This document shows, one piece after another, positions 59,696 to 64,000 of a DNA stretch of 64,000 bases. The position numbers were made by a program, and so were the translations under genes. Under the pieces are notes generated by a model that saw only the letters and a list, made by a program, of their open reading frames with translations, had not been told where the DNA came from and did not search any database. Each line of letters starts with the position of its first letter. Within the stretch, counting starts at the first letter, position 1. The stretch covers positions 272,278 to 336,277 of the forward strand of contig CAWFKP010000006.1 in the NCBI GenBank assembly GCA_963816425.1, read 5' to 3'. Source of the stretch: an uncultured Actinomycetes bacterium (GTDB taxonomy: Bacteria > Actinomycetota > UBA4738 > HRBIN12).

Positions 59696-62047
59696 GTGCC
59701 GCACGCTGCCGATCGACACGATCTGATACGCGTGTACGGCGCGCGCGTGAACAACCTCAAGGACGTCAGCATCGAGCTTCCGAAGCGCCGGCTGACGGTG
59801 TTCACCGGCGTCTCCGGTTCGGGCAAGAGCTCGTTGGTCTTCGACACGATCGCCGCCGAGTCGCAGCGCCTGATCAACGAAACCTACAGCGCCTTCGTCC
59901 AGGGGTTCATGCCGACCCTGGCGCGGCCCGAGGTGGACGTCATCGACGGGCTGACGACGGCGATCATCGTCGACCAGGAGCGGATGGGCACCGACCCGCG
60001 CTCCACGGTCGGCACGGCGACCGACGCCAACGCCATGCTGCGCATCCTCTTCAGCCGACTCGGACAGCCACACATCGGCCCGCCCAACGCGTACTCCTTC
60101 AACGTCCCCTCGGTGACGGGCGCCGGGGCCATCACCGTCGAACGCGGGAGCAAGACCACGACGGAGAAGGCGAGCTTCTCCCGTCTCGGCGGCATGTGTC
60201 CCAGGTGCGAGGGCCGGGGCTCGGTCACCGATTTCGACCTGACGCAGCTCTACGACGCGAGCAAGTCGATCAACGAGGGCGCGCTCACGATCCCCGGGTA
60301 CAGCGTCGAGGGCTGGTACGGGCGGATCTTCAGCGGCTGCGGCTTCTTCGACCCGGACAAGCCGATCCGGACGTTCACCAAGAAGGAGCTGCACGCCCTG
60401 CTGTACAAGGAGCCGACCAAGATCAAGGTCGACAACATCAACCTGACGTACGAGGGGCTGATCCCCCGGATCCAGAAATCGATGCTGTCCAAGGACGTCG
60501 ATGCGCTGCAGCCGCACGTTCGCGCCTTCGTGGAGCGGGCCATCACCTTCACCACCTGCCCCGAGTGCGACGGCAGTCGTCTGAGCGAGGCGGCTCGCGC
60601 GTCGAAGATCAGGAAGATCAACATCGCCGACGCCTGCGCGATGCAGGTCAGTGATCTGGCGCTGTGGGTGCGCGGCCTCGACGAACCGTCGGTGGCGCCC
60701 CTCATCGGGGCGTTGCAGCAGACTCTCGACTCGTTCGTGGAGATCGGGCTCGGCTACCTCTCGCTGGACCGGCCGTCGGGCACGCTGTCGGGCGGCGAGG
60801 CGCAGCGCACCAAGATGATCCGTCACCTCGGCTCCTCCCTCACCGACGTCACGTACGTCTTCGACGAGCCGACGATCGGTCTGCACCCGCATGACATCCA
60901 GCGGATGAACGACCTGCTGCTGCAGCTGCGCGACAAGGGCAACACCGTGCTCGTCGTGGAGCACAAACCGGAGACGATCGCGATCGCCGACCACGCGGTG
61001 GACCTTGGCCCGGGCGCAGGCACCGGCGGTGGCCAGGTGGTCTTTGAGGGCACCGTCGACGGGCTGCGGGCCAGCGGCACGCTCACCGGACGGCACGTGG
61101 ACGATCGAGCGTCCTTGAAGCCGTCGGTCCGGGCGCCATCGGGTGCGATGGAGGTGCGTGCCGCCAGCCTTCACAACCTGCAGGACGTCGATGTCGACAT
61201 CCCGCTCGGCGTGCTGGTGGTGGTAACCGGCGTGGCGGGGTCGGGCAAGAGCTCGCTGATCGACGGCTCGGTCTCCGGTCGAGCGGGTGTGGTTTCGGTC
61301 GACCAGGGCGCGATCCGTGGCTCACGGCGGAGCAATCCGGCGACGTACACGGGACTGCTCGACCCGATCCGCAAGGCGTTCGCGAAGGCGAACGGGGTGA
61401 AGCCGGCGCTGTTCAGCGCCAACTCCGAGGGTGCCTGTCCGGCCTGCAACGGCATCGGCGTGATCTACACGGAGCTCGGCTTCATGAACACCGTCGCCAG
61501 CACCTGCGAGGACTGCCAGGGGAAGCGGTTCGAGGCGTCGGTCTTGGACTACCACCTCGGTGGCCGGGACATCAGCGAGGTGCTTGGGATGTCTGTGACC
61601 GAGGCGACGGTGTTCTTCGCAGACGGTGAGGCGCGCACGCCGGCCGCGCACAGGATCCTGGAGCGGCTCGCAGACGTCGGGCTCGGCTACCTCACGATCG
61701 GCCAACCGCTCACGACGCTGTCCGGCGGCGAGCGGCAGCGACTCAAACTCGCCACCAACCTCGGCGACGAGGGCGGCGTCCTGGTCCTCGACGAACCGAC
61801 GAGCGGTCTGCACCTCGCCGACGTCGAACAGCTGCTCGGCCTGCTCGATCGGGTCGTCGACGCCGGCACGTCGGTCGTCGTCATCGCGCACCACCAGGCG
61901 GTGATGGCCCACGGCGACTGGATCATCGACCTCGGCCCCGGCGCCGGGCACGACGGCGGACGGATCGTCTTCGAGGGCACGCCCGCCGACCTCGTCGCCG
62001 CCCGATCCACTCTCACCGGCGAGCACCTCGCGGCCTACGTTACCTGA
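59696..62047 (+). CDS. uvrA: UvrA-like ABC ATPase (class II UvrA paralogue)
   Basis: IRVYGARVNNLKDVSIELPKRRLTVFTGVSGSGKSSL N-terminal ABC module, two zinc-finger Cys pairs, second ABC module (VVVVTGVAGSGKSSL); ~783 aa suggests class II lacking the UvrB-binding insertion. Start GTG 59696 chosen, track ORF begins 59594. Confidence 0.8.
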   Translation: MPHAADRHDLIRVYGARVNNLKDVSIELPKRRLTVFTGVSGSGKSSLVFDTIAAESQRLINETYSAFVQGFMPTLARPEVDVIDGLTTAIIVDQERMGTDPRSTVGTATDANAMLRILFSRLGQPHIGPPNAYSFNVPSVTGAGAITVERGSKTTTEKASFSRLGGMCPRCEGRGSVTDFDLTQLYDASKSINEGALTIPGYSVEGWYGRIFSGCGFFDPDKPIRTFTKKELHALLYKEPTKIKVDNINLTYEGLIPRIQKSMLSKDVDALQPHVRAFVERAITFTTCPECDGSRLSEAARASKIRKINIADACAMQVSDLALWVRGLDEPSVAPLIGALQQTLDSFVEIGLGYLSLDRPSGTLSGGEAQRTKMIRHLGSSLTDVTYVFDEPTIGLHPHDIQRMNDLLLQLRDKGNTVLVVEHKPETIAIADHAVDLGPGAGTGGGQVVFEGTVDGLRASGTLTGRHVDDRASLKPSVRAPSGAMEVRAASLHNLQDVDVDIPLGVLVVVTGVAGSGKSSLIDGSVSGRAGVVSVDQGAIRGSRRSNPATYTGLLDPIRKAFAKANGVKPALFSANSEGACPACNGIGVIYTELGFMNTVASTCEDCQGKRFEASVLDYHLGGRDISEVLGMSVTEATVFFADGEARTPAAHRILERLADVGLGYLTIGQPLTTLSGGERQRLKLATNLGDEGGVLVLDEPTSGLHLADVEQLLGLLDRVVDAGTSVVVIAHHQAVMAHGDWIIDLGPGAGHDGGRIVFEGTPADLVAARSTLTGEHLAAYVT

Positions 62048-62674
62048 CCGGGCGGCTCGTGGTGTGCGTGTGTGAAGCGGCGATCGGGGATCAGCCAGAT
62101 CACGGAGACCGCTGCGTAGCAGGCGTAGGCGAGATAGGCGCTGACGCCCGCCAGCGCGACGCCGGCCGCGTAGAGCCCGAGTGACAGATTGCCCTTGAGG
62201 TCGGTGTGGATCGCCCGCGCGAAGGACGAATCCCGTCCGTTCGCACGGATCAGGGAGCGGACGAGCCAGGTGTAGCTGAGGGCGGCGGCCAGCCCGACGA
62301 TGCCGAAGAACGCCGCCGGTCCTCGTGGGTCGGCTTGATCGTGTGCGGCTGTGCGCATCCATTCGGCGGCCACCGGGATCAGCGACAGACAGAACAGCAG
62401 CAGCATGTTCGCCCACATCGCGGCCGCGCTGATCCGATCGGTCGCGCGCAGCAGGTGATGATGGTTGTTCCAGTAGATCGCGATGAACAAGAAGCTCAGC
62501 ACGTAGATGAACAGACCGGGCAGCGCCGCGCGGATCGCGACGCGAGAGACCTCGGCCGGCGGCTCCAGCTCGAAAGGCGAGCAGGGTGATGATGACGGCC
62601 ATCACGGCGTCGCTGAACGCCTCGAGACGGCCCGCGCCCATGTCGAAGGGCGTTCGCGGCGGCGCTGTGCTCAT
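62035..62674 (-). CDS. DUF1211 / TMEM175-like membrane protein, frameshifted near 62570-62575 (T-run)
   Basis: N-terminus MSTAPPRTPFDMGAGRLEAFSDAVMAVIITLLAF (RxEAFSDGV-type signature) in one frame, remainder (..FLFIAIYWNNHHHLLRA..) in track ORF 62035..62502. Confidence 0.6.
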
Positions 62675-63014
62675 CCCTCGTCGGGACGCGGCGGCTTCGC
62701 GTGTCCGAGCCGCGGCTCTTGACCGCCTCCGCCGCCTCGTTCACCGATGCGGAGATCGCGTTGCCGAGCGCGCCGAAGGCGATCTTGAGGTCGGTGCGGG
62801 CCTCGGGATCGCGCATCGTCGCATCGAGCGCGTCGAGGGCACGATCGAGCTGGTTACCGATCTCACGCGCCACCTCCTCGACCTTCCGCTGGGTCTCCTT
62901 CGTCGAGGCTTCGCCCTCGTTGCCGCCCGCCTGATACGCGTCGGCGAGTCGTTTCCCTACCGACGAAAACCGGTTCCCGACCTCGTTCCACGCCTGCTTG
63001 GACTGGTCTGCCAT
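62672..63014 (-). CDS. small hypothetical K/E/A-rich protein (3' end uncertain, probable frameshift; likely TGA overlapping ATG of downstream gene)
   Basis: MADQSKQAWNEVGNRFSSVGKRLADAYQAGGNEGEASTKETQRKVEEVAREIGNQLDRALDALDATMRDPEARTDLKIAFGALGNAISASVNEAAEAVKSRGSDT then Arg-rich nonsense in track ORF 62496..63071. Alternative frame ends ..DEG-TGA overlapping ATG 62674. Confidence 0.4.
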
Positions 63015-63051
63015 CGCGCCCTCCTGTTCGCTCGATTCCAGCCTACGCCGG

Positions 63052-63816
63052 TCAGCCTGCAACGCCGCCACCGTCGACCGGCAGCGCGGCCCCCGTCACA
63101 TACGCGGCATCGTCGCTGGCGAGGAACAACACGGCGCGAGCGATCTCCTCGGGGGTGGCCATCCGCGCGATCGCTCGACCGGCCACGGCGTCGTGCACGT
63201 ATCGATCCCAGCTCTTGCCCTGCGCTCGCGCGTCCTCGTGCTCCATCGGCGTGTCCGTGTCGCCCGGGCAGACCGCGTTGACGCGGATGCCTTGCGGGCC
63301 GTGATCCAGCGCCATCGCCTTCGTCATCACGACCATCCCTCCCTTCGCCGCGCAGTAGGCGACGGCTCGCTCTCCGCCGACCAATCCCCAACCCGATGCG
63401 CAATGCACGATCGATCCTGCTCCTCGCTCGATCATGTGGGGCAGGGCATACTTCGACATCAGGAATGCGCCTTTCAGACTCGTGTCGATCTGGGCATCCC
63501 ATTCGTCCTCCGAACAGGCGATGGTGTCGTTCGCAACGTAGACGCCGGCGTTGTTGAACAAGACGTCGAGTCGGCCGTACGCCGCGACGGTTGCCTCGAC
63601 GGCCTGTCGACACTCCTCGGCGATCCGGACGTCGGCCCGCACGAAGAGCGCCTCGCCATCGCGGCCCGCGATGGCAGCCACGACCGCGGCGCCCCGCTGT
63701 TCGTTGCGTCCGGTGATCACGACGCGAGCCCCCTCGTCCGCGAACAGGAGTGCCGTCGCCTCGCCGATGCCCGACGTCCCGCCCGTGATCAGTGCAACGC
63801 AGCCGGCGAATCGCAT
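63052..63816 (-). CDS. SDR family oxidoreductase
   Basis: TGGTSGIGEA Rossmann motif, NNAG, catalytic YxxxK (YCAAK). Confidence 0.85.
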   Translation of the reverse strand: MRFAGCVALITGGTSGIGEATALLFADEGARVVITGRNEQRGAAVVAAIAGRDGEALFVRADVRIAEECRQAVEATVAAYGRLDVLFNNAGVYVANDTIACSEDEWDAQIDTSLKGAFLMSKYALPHMIERGAGSIVHCASGWGLVGGERAVAYCAAKGGMVVMTKAMALDHGPQGIRVNAVCPGDTDTPMEHEDARAQGKSWDRYVHDAVAGRAIARMATPEEIARAVLFLASDDAAYVTGAALPVDGGGVAG

Positions 63817-63859
63817 GGTTGGACCACCTTCCGTGTCGAGACGCCGACGATACCTCCGC

Positions 63860-64000
63860 TCAGATCGGGAGCGGTCGGGCGGTTGCCGCCCGATGGAGGC
63901 GCGGCAGCCCGAACCAATGCTCGAGGCCGGCCAGCAGCCCGTAGTGGCTGTAGGACCTGTGGTTCCGCCGGCCCCGCGGGACGTGCGGGCCTGCGATAGC
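63860..64000 (-). CDS. C-terminal fragment of a second phosphoesterase-family protein (5' part beyond window end)
   Basis: Minus-strand frame ends ..SYSHYGLLAGLEHWFGLPRL..* at ~63860, resembling the ..NHYNLLRTLEEGFGF.. C-terminus of gene 52621..53646. Confidence 0.3.
   Translation of the reverse strand, partial: AIAGPHVPRGRRNHRSYSHYGLLAGLEHWFGLPRLHRAATARPLPI

Overview
High-GC (~70%) chromosomal window, probably from a high-GC actinobacterial-type genome. Gene content is inferred from motifs read in the six-frame ORF translations; no database search was possible. I found no tRNA, rRNA, CRISPR or mobile-element genes. Main content, start to end: partial FAD oxidoreductase; ilvD; a zinc-ribbon thrC; an MFS transporter fused to a cNMP-binding domain; then the most unusual locus (6894-13437). 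That locus is one tightly packed operon: small membrane protein, a GltD-like NAD(P)H/FAD oxidoreductase fused to a 2x[4Fe-4S] ferredoxin, split cytochrome b6, subunit IV, a Tat-Rieske protein, a monoheme cytochrome c, and a lipoprotein with five tandem type-1-copper (cupredoxin) domains. Copies 2-5 of that lipoprotein sit on 375-bp tandem repeats that read as nucleotide-identical. Directly downstream is a classic leader-peptide attenuator (MTNAAVLGRSVLVLIA plus mutually exclusive antiterminator and terminator hairpins). It precedes an uncharacterised 105-aa ORF translationally coupled to ilvB, then ilvB-ilvN-ilvC-leuA-leuB-cimA. The leuA 5' end carries 38/39-bp in-frame tandem repeats. The rest: a D-Ala-D-Ala carboxypeptidase, serC, aminotransferases, an NAD-specific 1629-aa glutamate dehydrogenase, a homocysteine-methyltransferase/MetF fusion, a second cupredoxin lipoprotein, a large cyclase-like/STAND ATPase/TPR protein next to pilT, an M43 protease, a kinase/aminotransferase fusion, a Dpp-type ABC system, an IclR regulator and a UvrA paralogue. 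At least eleven genes carry single-base frame breaks, most at homopolymer runs (where resolved). This points to systematic indel sequencing error rather than pseudogenisation. My own coordinates may be off by 1-2 nt; coordinates taken from the ORF track are exact.
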